DNA of 64,000 nucleotides from the human T2T-CHM13v2.0 reference genome, Homo sapiens, in the NCBI RefSeq assembly GCF_009914755.1, contig NC_060939.1, one strand, 5' to 3'. The notes beneath the pieces were generated by a model. The model was not told where the DNA came from, did not search any database, and saw only the letters and a list, made by a program, of their open reading frames with translations. This document shows, piece after piece, positions 44,458 through 58,003 of this stretch (the first letter of the stretch is position 1; each line of letters opens with the position of its first letter). The translations under genes were made by a program, and so were the position numbers.

Positions 44458-45156
44458 ACTTTTTTTTTTTAATATATAAATATTTTTATCTGCTGTCATT
44501 GTAACCCTTATTTCTTATAGAAAATATATACAGAATTAGAAAGTAAAAGCAAAATACCCATAGCCCCCACCTCTCAGGAAAAAATTTGTATTTTGACCAA
44601 CTTATTTTCAGGTTCTGCCCCATGGCATTAATTTATTTCTTGAGTCGACATAGTTACGATCATAAGTACAATTTAGTTATCTGTTTTTTTCCCACTTATT
44701 ATAGAGTGAGCATTTTCTCAAATTCTTGTAAACAGTATTTTACTGGCTAAGTAGTATCCACTCGGGAGTATGAAATATGGTTGACTTAACCAGCTCTTTC
44801 TTTCGGATCATTCAGTTGTTTCCAAGACCTTATTAGCATAAAGAATGAATGTTTAGCATCTTGATTTGTGAAAGCATTTCTGCACCTGAGATTATTTCCT
44901 AGTGTTAAATCTGCAACATTGTGATTACTAGTTCAAGGCAGTGGACATTTTCAAAGATGTTTGAAGTTTGGAACACATTGTCAGAGTCCTTCCCTAAAAG
45001 ATTGCACTGACCGAAAAATAGTGTAAAGCTCTCTGTGTCATGAGGCACCTGGAGGCCTGGTGAGGGTGGATTTGAGCAGCAAGATGCTGGTGGGAGTAAT
45101 ATCCAGACAAAGCCTCCCCCAAGGCGATGGCATTGCTGAGAAAGAATGAGGGGACC

Positions 45157-45454
45157 AGCCAGGAGCTGTGGCTCACGCTTGTAATCCCAGCACTTTGGGA
45201 GGCCAAGGCGGGTGGATCACTTGAGGGCAGGAGTTTGAGACCAGTGTGACAAACATAGCAAAACCCCGTGTCTACTAAAACTACAAAAATTACCCGGGCG
45301 TGATGGCGCGCGCCTGTAATCCCAGCTACTTGGGGGTGGGGTTGAGGAAGGAGAATTGCTTGTACCTGGGAGGTGGAGGTTGCAGTGAGCCAAGATCATG
45401 CTACTGTACTGGAGCCTGGGTGACAGAGTGAAACTCTGTCTTGGGGGAAAAGAC
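45157..45454 (+). mobile_element. AluS with G-rich remnant tail
   Basis: Dimer; TSD AATGAGGGGACC at 45145-45156 and 45455-45466. Confidence 0.93.
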
Positions 45455-46481
45455 AATGAGGGGACCTTGCTTGAATGTGAAATGTGTAGGCTTGTGGCAC
45501 ATCATGAACTTTGGCCAGGCATGCTAAAGATGATGCCTTTTGGTTTAGGACCTCCAGAATTCCCTCTTCCCGTTCCCCCTGTAATCTGTACCTTGTAACC
45601 ATTTGCTTAAATGTCACTTTCCCCTACTGAGTTGAGTTCTCTGAGCCTACGACCACAGATATTATTAGCATTTTTATGTCCCTAATTATTATTTAATTAA
45701 GGTCTATAAAATGGAAGCGGGGTGAAGGGAAAGGGGGCTGGGCATGGAGTGTGGCTTGGGCAAGGAACATGGTCCTTGTCCCAGTGTGGCTGGGGCTGGC
45801 AGGGCTGGGCAGCAGGAGGGAGCGGCAGGAGGGGAGGGGACAAACCTCCCTGCCCTGGGCGAGGTAGAGTGGAGCCCGAGCAGGCAGAGGTGGAAGATTT
45901 GACTCTCCATCGTGGCCCTGGTTTCACCACTGAGTGATCTGGGGCAAACCATCGCATTCTGTCTATGCTTCATTTTCTTCAGGAGGGTGCCAGCAGCAGC
46001 AATCTCTTTAAATGGAACATTGAACGATTATTTTTGGTCTATAGGTAAGAGGTACAATTTAAAGAAAAGGTAGGGAGTGATGAACTCAAACTCAGAAGAC
46101 TCACAAGTAGTCCTCTTCAGAATGTTGGAAGCACAGTGCGTGGCCCATGGGGAGTGCTCAGTCTGTGTTAGCAACGGAGATGGATAATGACAGCCACTCA
46201 TCAGAGGGTACCTTTCTCACTGACCAGCTGGGAATAGTGTGTTTCTTTGGGTAGTCTCTGCCCCTTGACAGATGGAAACACCTTCTCTCTTGACCCTGCC
46301 CCTGAGCTTGTCCTTTGGAAAACATCCTTGGCCTGGGCTTTTGGGGGTGGGAACACATTCCCCAGCCCTGTCCTCCTGAGCTCTCCTGCAGCTGCTGGAA
46401 GAAGCACCTGGAGGATGCCCAGCTGTGTCCTGCCCAGGTCCTTCCAGAATCTCGAGGCTAGATAACCCCAGTGTTAGAGCA

Positions 46482-46928
46482 TGTATGAGCTTCTGAGGGC
46501 TGCTGTAACACATGACAACAGCTGGTGGCTTGTAACGACAGGAATCTATTCTCTCCCAGTTCTGGAAGCCAGAAGTCCCAAATCAGGGTGTCTGTCGGGC
46601 CATGCTCCCTCCAAAGGCTCTGGGGAGAATCCTTCTCTGCCTCTTTCAGCTGCTGGTGGCTCCATGCCTTCCTCGTCTTGTGTCTGTGTCACGCCGCACT
46701 CTGCCTCTGTCTTCATACAGTCTGCCTGTTCTTTGTGTTTTTTCTCTGTCTCTTCTAAGGTCGCTTCTCATTGGATTTAGGACCCACCTGTGTAATCCAG
46801 GATGCTCTTCTCTTGATATCCCTAATTACGTCTGCAAATATCATTTTCCAAAATAAGGTCACATTCACAGGTTCCAGGAATTAAGATGTAGGTATATCTT
46901 TAGTGGGGGCCACCATTCAACTCCTACA
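46482..46928 (-). mobile_element. MLT1B/C solo LTR (ERVL-MaLR)
   Basis: GGGCTGCTGTAACA...CAGTTCTGGAAGCCAGAAGTCC...AAATAAGGTCACATTCACAGG...CCATTCAACTCCTACA. Confidence 0.85.
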
Positions 46929-48220
46929 GGCCAGAGGCAGAGGTATGCTCTCATGGGAAGACCAAAGGGTCCCCTCTGGGCACCCAAGTGACAGACATTT
47001 GGCCTGACCTGGCTCTAGAGTCTCTCTTCCCTCTTAGGAGAAACTGGGAGATTCAGAAAGTTCCCCGCGGGAGGCAGGGGTTAGCCCGGCATTTGGTGCC
47101 CAGGATTGCCTGGGTGCTAGGATGGTCTTCTCAGGCACACTCTGCTACCCAGACTTTCTGGAAGCATGGCACTTTCAGCTCATGCATGAGGTTGGTGCAA
47201 TCTGGAGTCGGATATCTCTCTTTGCTTCTTGTGTAAGCCGGTGAACTCAGTGGCAGTAATTGTAGCTGTGGTTGGATTTTTGTGGTAAAGGGGAATGGCT
47301 GTGGAAAACAGAAGTTGGGTAGCACGTGAGAGAAATGTTGTGATCGTGTAGGATAGGCACGGCTGAATTTCAGTTACCAGAGTAGTTTTATAAACACTCC
47401 ACATATGTGAATGCAGACAGTTTAATTCAAATGAGAAGCTATGATTTGGTCTTTGTGGAGGTCAGACATGGGTTATATTTCAGGGTTAATAATCAAGCTA
47501 AAGTTAATCCCTGGCTTTAAAGCTACAGTTGATGAAGCAGTAATTTTGTGTGAGTTTTCCCTTTCTGCCTTGTTCCGGTCAAGGCTGTGTTCAGTTCTCT
47601 GGTGATAACTGTCCTCTCTCTTCCTTCTTCTCTATCTCTCCTTTCCCTTTGCTTTCCCTTATGCCAGCGCTCCTCCTCTTTCCTCTTCTTAAGACTCTTC
47701 AGGGCTGTTGAAAATACTAACAAGATTGCCCTGTTGATGTGTATGTGTTTCCAAAGTGGTTTCAAAGTGGCTCCATCCAAAAGTTTAGGAAGTCTTTAGG
47801 GATTGGCCTTTCTGGACCACATTCCCCCGCCTCACCCACGGGGAGGGTGCCAGGCGGATCCCTGGCTTGGTTCCAAGTGTGTCAACAGCCTGTTGCTTTC
47901 TAGTTCAACAAGAGGGAATAATCTTTGGTAAACATGGCCGTTGGAAAAAAGCAAATATTTGTCTTGGCAGTTGTAGTCATTCAAATATCTAGACCCTCTT
48001 GTGTTCCTGAGGGAGCTATGCCAGAAGTCATGGCATCAAATCCCACATCTGGTTAAGAAATACTGGTAAGAATAGATAAATAAAGGATGTTTGGAAGGCA
48101 GTGCTCTTTCTCCTTTCTTGTCCGTCTTTCTCTTTCTTTCTTTGTCCCACTCTCTCTCTTTCCCTCCCCTCTCTGAACAAGTCTGAATATTCTCTTTTCC
48201 CTAATTTTGGTTGCTTAAGC

Positions 48221-48432
48221 TAGTGTTTCTCAAGTTTAGCCTGTTGACATTTTGGGCCGGATCATTTTTGTCATATGGTGCTGTTCTGACCATCAGAGGA
48301 TGTTTAGCAGCTGCCTCGGCCTCTACCCACTATGCCAGTAGCACTCGGCCCCAGTGGTGGATACCAAAAATTTCCCCAGACAACACTGAATGTCTCCTGC
48401 ATGGGAAAATTGCCCTTGGTTGAGAACCACTG
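48221..48432. mobile_element. MER20 (hAT), near full length
   Basis: TIRs TAGTGTTTCTCAA and TTGAGAACCACTG; internal GGCCTCTACCCACTATGCCAGTAGCAC. Confidence 0.85.
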
Positions 48433-48505
48433 GCTAAGCCAATCTTCTCCAAGGTGGTAAGCGTACTACTGGTGGCATAGTGGAAGAAGCTTCCATGCAC
48501 AGGCA

Positions 48506-48507
<2 letters not shown>

Positions 48508-48548
<41 letters not shown>
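48508..48548. repeat. (TG)20 microsatellite
   Basis: Direct reading. Confidence 0.96.
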
Positions 48549-48550
<2 letters not shown>

Positions 48551-49841
48551 GGAGGAGTGGCAGTTGGGTTCCTTAACCTTCACACTTACTTAAGGATCAC
48601 TTTCAACCCAGCTGTAGTCAGCCTGGTCATAATGTGGGTCTCACAGCAGTGAAGGCAGCTGGTGATGATCAATCAACATGATTGGCTGTTCACTTTTAGG
48701 GCATGTCTTAGCTATCTTCCTTTTCAGGCTTATTGCCATTCCTCCAGTGGTTTTAAAATGTAGATGCCAGTTGCACTGAGGGTGCTCGGGAGATGAGCCT
48801 GACACTTGGCACCTTTTGCTTGCGTTATTCCTCAGCCAGGCAGCAAAGCATGACAGGAGTCTATTGCCCATCACTCCTGCGAGTCAGTCCAACTTACTTC
48901 ATGTCATCTGGGGGGACGGTGCCAAACTGTAATGTCAAGGTGACGTGCTCTTTGGGTGAATATAGTTCCTGGACTTTCTCAAGCATGACTGCACTTTTTA
49001 CAGCCAGCCAGTCTTGCTTCTTTAGAAAACTTAATAGACTCTATCCCTACGGAACTGTCCGTCTACCCTTAAAACCTTACATATTTTTATCATTTTTTAA
49101 AAACATGCTTTCAGAGTTTTGAGCTTGTTGTAGTAATGTCATACTAATACAATTAAGTTAAAAACAAGGTACTTTACCTTCATGTGTTGCCTCCTGTTTG
49201 TTTTTAGTTTGTTATTGGGAATTCTAAACATCTGCAGGAGTAGAGGCAATGGTAGGCTCCCATGTACCAGCTTATCTCCAATTTTCAATGCATGACCCAT
49301 CTTGTTTTTTCTAGAGTCCCCTTTCTCCATTCACTCGATTATTTTGAAATAAATCCTCAACATCACATCATTTCATCTGTACATATTTCAGTATACAACT
49401 CTGAAGGGCTTTTTCTTAAACACAATTATAATCCCCCCAAATAAAGGAGCCACCATTACACCTAAACATTCCTCAATATTAAACATTTGTTGTATTTGGT
49501 TGATGTATCTGTTACATATCTTGTGGTCTATCCTGTAAGGCCTCTTCATGTAATCAAAATCCTCAAGGGCAGGACAGACCTGGAAGTCATCTTTTGTGCC
49601 TTTGTGTCTGATGTGCTGATATGGGAGGGTGCGGAGCCTTGTGCTGGGCACCTGGCAGGAACATCGTAGATACCTGCTTTTCCTCTAATTCCCTGTTATG
49701 CTCTTCTTTCCAGGTTCTCTAGCTTGACACTGGGCATAGCACTTTCTTAAGGGCAATGCTCAACTGGTGGGTGTCCTGAATTGCTTGACAGTTCCTCACC
49801 CTGTGCCTGCCCTTGGGAGGGCTGCTGTCATTGTCACCTCC

Positions 49842-50134
49842 TTTTTTTTTTTATTTTTAAATAAGACAGGGTCTTGCTCTGTTACCCAGGCTGGAGTGCA
49901 GTGGCACAATCATGGCTCACTGTAACCTCGACCTCCTGGGAACAAGTGATCCTTCCACCTCAGCCTCCTGAGTAGCTGGGACTACAGCTGTGTGCCACCA
50001 CACCCAGCTAATTTTTTGTTTTTATTTTTTGTAAAGACAGGTTCTCACTCTGTTGCCCAGGCTGGTCTCGAACTCCAGGGCTCAAGCTATCCTCTCGCCT
50101 TGTCCTCCCAAAGTGCTGGGATTACAGGGCAGCC
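49842..50134 (-). mobile_element. AluJ
   Basis: AATCATGGCTCACTGTAACCTCGACC and GGGCTCAAGC J diagnostics; short deletion near the 5' end. Confidence 0.93.
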
Positions 50135-51898
50135 TTTTTTTCCCCCTTAGATGGAGCCTACTCTCCAGATCTACTCTCTGCCAAACTTTTCTATGCCAGT
50201 ATCTGGCACCAGCCTGAGTTCTGGATGTACGTAAAAATGTACTAATGCTCAAAGCATTGGAGACTAAACTGAGTCCGGATCGATGCTTCCTGACACTTTC
50301 TTTGCAAGCTACCTTTGTGGCTTCTGCCTTTCCTTGCTGTTGCCCCTGCAGGCCTCTCTGGAGAGGCTTTGTCCTCTCACACCCCCACTGACCCTGGGTC
50401 TGGAGGCAGGATCTGTGGGCACCTGACCCCCTGTTGCATTTTGGAATCCCGCACTCTGTGCTTGTTCGCCACCCCCTCCTGCTGCGCTCTTCCTGTCTTG
50501 CCCCCATGGCTCCTCCCAGCCTTGTGCTGTCCTCCCCTGGCCAAGGCCCGGCTTCACCATGGAGCTGGTGCCGTGCTCACGGGCCTTCCCAGTTCCCACA
50601 CCTCTCTTCTCATAGCTAGTGGCTCCAGTGCCCCTGCAGGCCAACCCGTAACAACTCAGCTACCAAGCTGACCCTTACCTGTCTGTAAAAGCCTTCCCTT
50701 CCAATCAGCATCCGGTGTTTATAACCACATCCTGAGCCAGGTGTGGTTTCCCCAGAAATGCTACCCCCTTGACATGCTCTATCCACCTTGATCACACCCC
50801 TCACCGGCTCTTTGACCTCCTCAAAACCTCCCTGCAGAACTCCTCCTTGTCTTCTCACTCTGGCAGCCACCCCTGTCTTCACTTCCTTCTTTACCTGGCT
50901 CCACTGAGAGACCTGAGCCCTGGGGAATGCAGGTGTTGTGCCCCCCTCTGCCCTCCCACTGGCCCAGCCCTTGGATGCATCATTAGAGATGGGTGCCAGC
51001 TCACATGAGGACCCACTACCTTGGCTCGGCCCTCTTCCTGCATTCATCCTTCTAGGGGCCCCAGTGAGCACACAGGTTCTTCAGGAAAAATGCAGCTCCT
51101 TACCCCTCCTCTTCAGCACCTGCTTTTCATAGAGAACCCTCCTTCTATCTTGCATGCATGACAGGGGTCCCGTGGGGCCATGCACCCAGCTTCCCTCCTC
51201 TCTCCCTGGCCATGTTCCAGCCTGGGGGTGGAAGAACCTGCCCATTTCCCATCTCTTCCAGAGTCTCCTTCCCCCAGGAACCCCCTTCCCTCCCTAGTGC
51301 ATGGTTTCTGCTGTCCCTTTTGCTCCTTCCCTTCAGTCTACAAGTTGCCCAAATCCCTGAATTTCTTTCTTCCTTTTTCTTTTTTTTTTTTTTAAAACAA
51401 CAGAAGGAGCCCTCCCCAGAACACTGAGAGGGATGCATTATTATTCCTTTCTATGGATGGGGACACAGTGGCTTAGTGGGGAAATAGCTACCCAAGCTCA
51501 CAACTATCTGATGAAAGTTGGAGGCAGGTTGGGAGCTCAGCCGCCTGACTCCCTGCACATGCCTTCAACTTTGAGTCAAAGGCGGGGAAAAGATGCAGCC
51601 CTTCCTGGGTGTCCCATCTTTGGTGCAGGGTTAAGGAAGGAGCCTTGGGACCAAATGAAGTGACTGCCAGTGCAAGTCATCTGAGGCTTTAAGCTGCTTA
51701 ACTCTCAACTCCTCGGTATTTTAGGTACCATCTGTCTTCCCATCTCAATTATGAATTCTCCAGGGACTGTCACTTCATTTTTTTTTTTGTCTCTTAGGAT
51801 GCTTTGTGCATAGCTGATGCTTAGTAATGGGCTCTTATTCATCTAGAAATTTTTTTTGCCTTTAACTTCAACCTGGAAGGCTTTTAAAAAACATGATT

Positions 51899-52182
51899 AG
51901 CCAGGCGCGGTGGCTCAGCCTGTAATTCCAGTGCTTTGGGAGGCTGAGGTGAGAGGATCACATGTGGCCAGGAGTTTAAGACCAGCCCAAGCAACATAGC
52001 TAGACCCCGCCTCTTCAAAAATAAGGATGAAAAATTTAGCCAGGCATGGTGGTACATGCTTGTAGCTCCAGGTACTCAGGAGACTAAGGTGGGAGGAGTG
52101 TTTGAGCCCAGGTGTTTGTGGTTACAGTGAGCTATATCGCACCACTGAACTCCAGCCTGGGCAACAGGATGAGACCCTGTCT

Positions 52183-52223
<41 letters not shown>
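51899..52223 (+). mobile_element. AluJ with pure A40 tail
   Basis: Diverged J-type dimer; A run 52184-52223. Confidence 0.93.
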
Positions 52224-52225
<2 letters not shown>

Positions 52226-52635
52226 CTATTTCCTTTTGTGTGTGTAATGAGTATAATGAATACTTGATGTTTTTGCTTACTGAGGTATGATCATTCCAGA
52301 CTTGAACTTTAGTTTGCATAAATTTTTCTATTTCTGAAATCAGGACCCATCAACACTGTATTATATGTCACAGTGTGGTTTATAATTCATGGCATTTTAT
52401 AATTGAAGAAATTTGGCATTTTAGTTGTAGATATAAAAATATAAGTGTTACAGATCCTAATCCTAGCTTTTTTCTGTCTAAAAATACAGAGTCTCAGCTC
52501 ACTTTCTCTGTTTATCTTGCCACTCCCTACCTCCTACAAATGTAGAGGGAGATTGCCAAAAAAAATGGAGATTCTGGTGGGTTGACTTAGATGAGTGCTT
52601 CTGAAATCATCTGAAAGTTTATTATCTGTTTCAGG

Positions 52636-52945
52636 GCTGGGCGCAGTGGCTCATGCCTGTAATTCTAACACTTTGGGAGGCTGAGGTGGGCAGATAGCTT
52701 GAGCCCAGGAGTTCAAGACCAGTCTGGGCAACATGATGAAACCTCATCTCCACCAAAAATTTAAAAATTGGTCCAGAATGGTGGCATGTGCCAGTAGTCC
52801 CAGCTACTTGGGAGGCTGAGGTGAGAGGTGGGAGGATCGCTTGAGCCTTGGAGGTTGAGCCTGTAGTGAGCCGAGATTGTGCCATAGCACTCCAGCGTGA
52901 GTGACAGAGCAAGACCCTATCTCCAAAAACAAACAAACAAAAAAA
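52636..52945 (+). mobile_element. AluJb-like
   Basis: GCTTGAGCCCAGGAGTTCAAGACCAG; small GAGGTG duplication; (CAAA)n tail. Confidence 0.93.
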
Positions 52946-53209
52946 TTATTTTCAGGCTGATAAACTTTTGCAAATTCAATAAAAATGAAATATTTGAAAA
53001 AATAAAATACAGGCACGTTTTAAAAAATCAGAATCAGTGTAAATCACTTTGTCCAATTGCTATATAGAATTTTCTAAGTGTTTACTCTCAATTTCTGTAC
53101 TTACTGTGGACCAGTTACAAACTGGTGAAGGCAGACCACCTCTTGGTAGTGTGAGCTAAATAATGGAGGTTTTACTTAATTCATCAATTTCCATGGAATC
53201 ACTTAAAAA

Positions 53210-53240
53210 ACACACACACACACACACATACACACACACA
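53210..53240. repeat. Interrupted (CA)n microsatellite
   Basis: Direct reading. Confidence 0.93.
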
Positions 53241-53815
53241 GAAAAATTAGTCCAACTTCTTCTCAGAAGACCATTCAGAAAACACTGCTTGGAAGCACAC
53301 TAAAGTCCACTGCCCTGCAGAGGTCAGGCCTGAAGGTTTGTGTGACTTAGATTTATCAGTGTTCAAGCTATAGTTTAATTCCATGTTCGTTACTTCATCC
53401 ACGGAAAACCAGTGGAAAGCAAGTGAGTGGCTATTCTCCAGGTGTATGGAAAATGCCCAGCCCTCCCTGCCTTGCGGTAGAATCATGGATTTGAATATTT
53501 TCCCAACTGTGTAGAGTGAAATTTCAGTATTCCAAGTCATAAGTCAGATGTAATTTTGTCTTATTCTGTTTATTTGTGAGGTTAAAAATAGGAATTGGGA
53601 ACTGCTTTTTAAAATAGCAATAGAGTGTTTTGACTCTTGGTCTGCAGGGGTCTGTGGGGTGATTATGTGATATTTTATGTTCTAAGGTAGTGGTGATTGT
53701 CTTACTAGAACATGTAAATATTTAAATCTTAGAATTGGCAGGGCATATTCAAGGAAGTATACAAAACAATTCAAAAACGAAGTCTGAGTTAATTTTTTTG
53801 TTTTAAAGTTGTGCT

Positions 53816-53897
53816 CGAGATCACGCCATTGCACTCCAGCCTGGGTGAAAGAGTGAGACCCTGTCTCAAAAAAAAAATAAATAAAAATAAAAATAAA
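53816..53897 (+). mobile_element. Severely 5'-truncated Alu
   Basis: CGAGATCACGCCATTGCACTCCAGCCTGGG...GTCTC plus A-rich tail; degenerate TSD TAAAGTTGTGCTC/TAAAGCTGTATTC. Confidence 0.9.
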
Positions 53898-54763
53898 GCT
53901 GTATTCAAATAATATCATTTATGGGGAGATGATATGTAACATGTTTATGCATTTGTGAAAAGGAATTAGACTCTAGAGGAGCACTGTCTACTTTGAGGGG
54001 ATAGCAGTGGACCCTCAGGGGTTGCACCCTCCCCAAAGGCACCTGCCAACCTCATAGGTTATTTTTTAGCAGGTGAGTTGTATGGGGTAGACTGGCCATC
54101 TCATCCAAGGGGCAGGGAGGGAGCGCGAGAATTGCTGATACTTGCCCCATAAGTACAGAGACCCACAGAGAGACATGAGTAAGACATTGCTCTGTATTTT
54201 TTTTTTTTTTTTTTTTTGCATTTTAAGAGACTGGAGGGGAAAAAAAGATAATGGAATGATTCCCCCCCCGCCCCCCCACATAAAAGAGTAATATGGAGGA
54301 AATTTGTTCCTCGAGAAGACTTTGCTGTTTGAATATATATATATTTATTCATTCTATTTTTGACAAAGAGCAAGTACGAGCTAAGTTACTCTGTCTAGAG
54401 GAGCTGATTCTGGAAATCCGAGGGAAACACTGAGAACATAAATAGGGAAGTAGAAAGTCCTTGCTGTCCCGTGAGAGCAGGGGCTCATGTAGGCGAGTGG
54501 AGTAGGATTCCTTATGTCCTGGTTTTAGCCCCAGGGAGTGAGGTCTGGGAGGGCAGGTGTCCTGCCCATGGTCACCTGGCCAGCTGTGTGCCACCAGGAA
54601 TCAACTAAGGCCTGCTGTGTCTTTCCTGGGTCACCTTTATCTTACTGTGTGCAACAGGGATCAGATAGAGTATGATGGCTGTAACTTTATTTAATGAGTA
54701 GAGAATTTGTTTTCTTAGGGAAAACAGCTTTGTTATGCTTCTTATTGTTGAAAATACTACTTT

Positions 54764-55099
<336 letters not shown>

Positions 55100-55291
55100 T
55101 CATAAAATTCTTATATTTGAATCTGATATATGATACTTGCTTCAATATAATCTCCAGTGATTTCTGGGAAGGAATTAAATGGGGGCCTAGGATGAAATAA
55201 TTTTGGCCGTGAGTTAGTAATTGTTGAAGCTGAGTGATGAGTACATAGGGGTTCATGATGATGTTTTCTTTGTTTTGTATATATTTAACTT

Positions 55292-55754
55292 ATAAAAATT
55301 TTTTTTTAATATACTTTAAGCTCTAGGGTACATGTGCACACCGTGCAGATTTGTTACATAGGTATACATGTGCCATGTTGGTTTGCTGCACCCATCAACT
55401 CGTCATTTACATTAGGTATTTCTCCTAATGCTATCCCTCCCCCAGCCTCCTACTACCTAACAGGCCCCATTGTGTGATGTTCCCTGTCCTGTGTCCATGT
55501 GTTCTCATTGTTCAACTCCCACCTATGAGTGAGAACATGCAGTGTTTGGTTTTCTGTCCTTGTGATAGTTTGCTGAGAATGATGGTTTCCAGCTTCATCC
55601 ATGTCGCTATAAAGGACATGAACTCATCCTTTTTTATGGCTGCATAGTATTCCATGGTGTATATGTGCCGTATTTTCTTTATCCAGTCTATCACTGATGG
55701 ACATTTGGGTTGGTTCCAAGTCTTTGCTATTGTGAATAGTGCCACAATAAACAT
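55292..55754 (-). mobile_element. 5'-truncated L1PA (about L1PA6-8) 3' end
   Basis: ORF 55512-55754 is the L1 ORF2p C-terminus (MFIVALFTIAKTWNQPKCPS...HCMFSLIGGS); 16-bp TSD TGTAT(A/G)TATTTAACTT at 55276-55291 and 55755-55770. Confidence 0.95.
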
Positions 55755-55881
55755 TGTATGTATTTAACTTTTTTAAAAGAAAGTTTTAAACATGTATATG
55801 GTACATGACGTGGTAAATAAGTTACAAAATCTCATCACCCAACAAGAACCAGAACCACCAGGAACTGGAAAACATTGTTTA

Positions 55882-56208
<327 letters not shown>

Positions 56209-58003
56209 TCATGAAAATGCTTTAAAGAAATACAGGAAAGGTGTGAATCCCCATCCTGCTCACAGAGATTTTATTCCAGGTAGAGAGCTGAGAGGCCGCA
56301 TGTGGGGAGGGGGGTAAAGTCCACATTTATTGCAGGTGTGCTGTGCTCGTGTGTCCCTCGCATCAGCTCGTGAGGGAGGCCCTGGCATCGGCCTTTTACA
56401 GGGGAGCAGAGTGAGGCATGGAGGACTTAGTCAGGGAGCAAGGATGCCCCTGGCCTTGGGTGACCTGGTGCCAGGCTTGGTGCTGGGTGCTTGAATATTC
56501 CTTCTCTGTGTAGTCTTAGCACCCTATGTTGTGGACTGGTGTTAGAAAGAATACAACATGATAGAATGAGTTGCCATTTTATGCAGAGAAACCTACAAAA
56601 CCCATGAAAATTTAGAGAAATGCAAGAGTAGGAGGAACCACAGGGGAAAGAGCATCTTAGAAAATGGGGGCCTTGGGTTGACAGGAGGAGGGAAACAAGG
56701 CTGAGGAGAATTAATTTTCACAATATACTGAGAAGAGGAAGTACAGTTTGTTAGAAGGTGTTTTGGTTTTGCATGAAAGGTGCCATAGCGAATATGCAAA
56801 AAAATCACTGGCCATGTGAGGAAAGAGAAGAGGAATTTAGCTTTTGGAGAAATACATCAGGTGGCAATTTTATGAAAACCAGCCTTCACATGGTAAGAGA
56901 GAGCAGCATAGAAAAATCACTTGGGAAAGATGAATTTTGAGGGTTACAATAACTGCTAATCAGGGCCAAGTGGTGACAGGTTCTTATTTATGGAAAGTGA
57001 GTATTCCTGATTTCCGCATTATGTATACCTGAGTATCTAATTCGGTCTTGATTAGCAGAATCCTCTCAAATGACCTCGTGTTCTTGTTTGTGATACTTAT
57101 CTTAGGTTGCTGGGGGCTGAGAAGACTCACAGTACACTTTGATTGTTTCTTCCTGTTGCATTTATGCTGTGGTGTGTTGGCTCACGGCATCAGGCAGCCA
57201 GGCTTTGCAGGCTGGAGGATGGAGCCAGTGTGAGTATTCATAGGAACGTGTCCCCTGAAGAGGATGCCCCTCCTTCTCCTAGCTACAGACCTGAGATACT
57301 TCATTACAGATGACAGAGTTTCCACTGGCAAGGAAACTCAGGTGAGATTCACCACTTGAGGAAGTCACATTCTCTCTCTGCATGTCCTTCAGCTGGATTG
57401 TGTCACTGTAGAAGCAGTTGCTGAGGTTACGAGCATGTAGGAATAGTCCTCGAGCTAATGGTCAGGGTGGCAGTGAGAATAAAAATGGAGGAGCATGCAC
57501 CTTCCCAGGGTCAGTTCTAGCAGCGTGGAGCCTTGTGTGTGCAGCACCTGTTCAACCCGAGTGCTCTGATACAGTCAAAGGATCTCTACCTGGCCAGGAG
57601 GATCCCAGATCCTCCATCGCTGCTTCCCCAGGCCAAGCCAACATGTGTCACTCTACACCTCTCCCAGGCCCTGGCCTGCAGTGGGGAGATCTCCCACAGG
57701 GAGTTCCTTGGCTTCAGTGCCTGGGTGGCATCTGCAGCACCACACCTCTTTCTCTCTGTATTTTAAAAAATATTTTGTTTATTTTTAACAGGTTTTATTT
57801 CTTCGGAGCAGTTTTGGGTTTACAACAAAATTGAGTGGGAAGTACAGAGAGTTCCTTTATATCTACTGTACCCATAGCTTCCCCATTACCAACATCCCAT
57901 GCTAGGGTGGTACATTTGTTATAGTTGATGAACCTATATTGACAAATCATTACCACCTAAAGACCATAGTTTACCTTAGAGTTTCTCTCTTCTCCCCTCT
58001 CTA

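Noticed and set aside
50082-51438. Cluster of overlapping 100-150 aa ORFs on both strands
   Set aside because: C-rich, stop-poor sequence (possibly an old L2 remnant). No recognisable domain or exon structure, and several frames are open at once.
55512-55754. ORF with clear L1 ORF2p C-terminal similarity (also 40791-41012 and 41097-41357)
   Set aside because: Parts of 5'-truncated dead L1 copies with no promoter, endonuclease or reverse-transcriptase domain.
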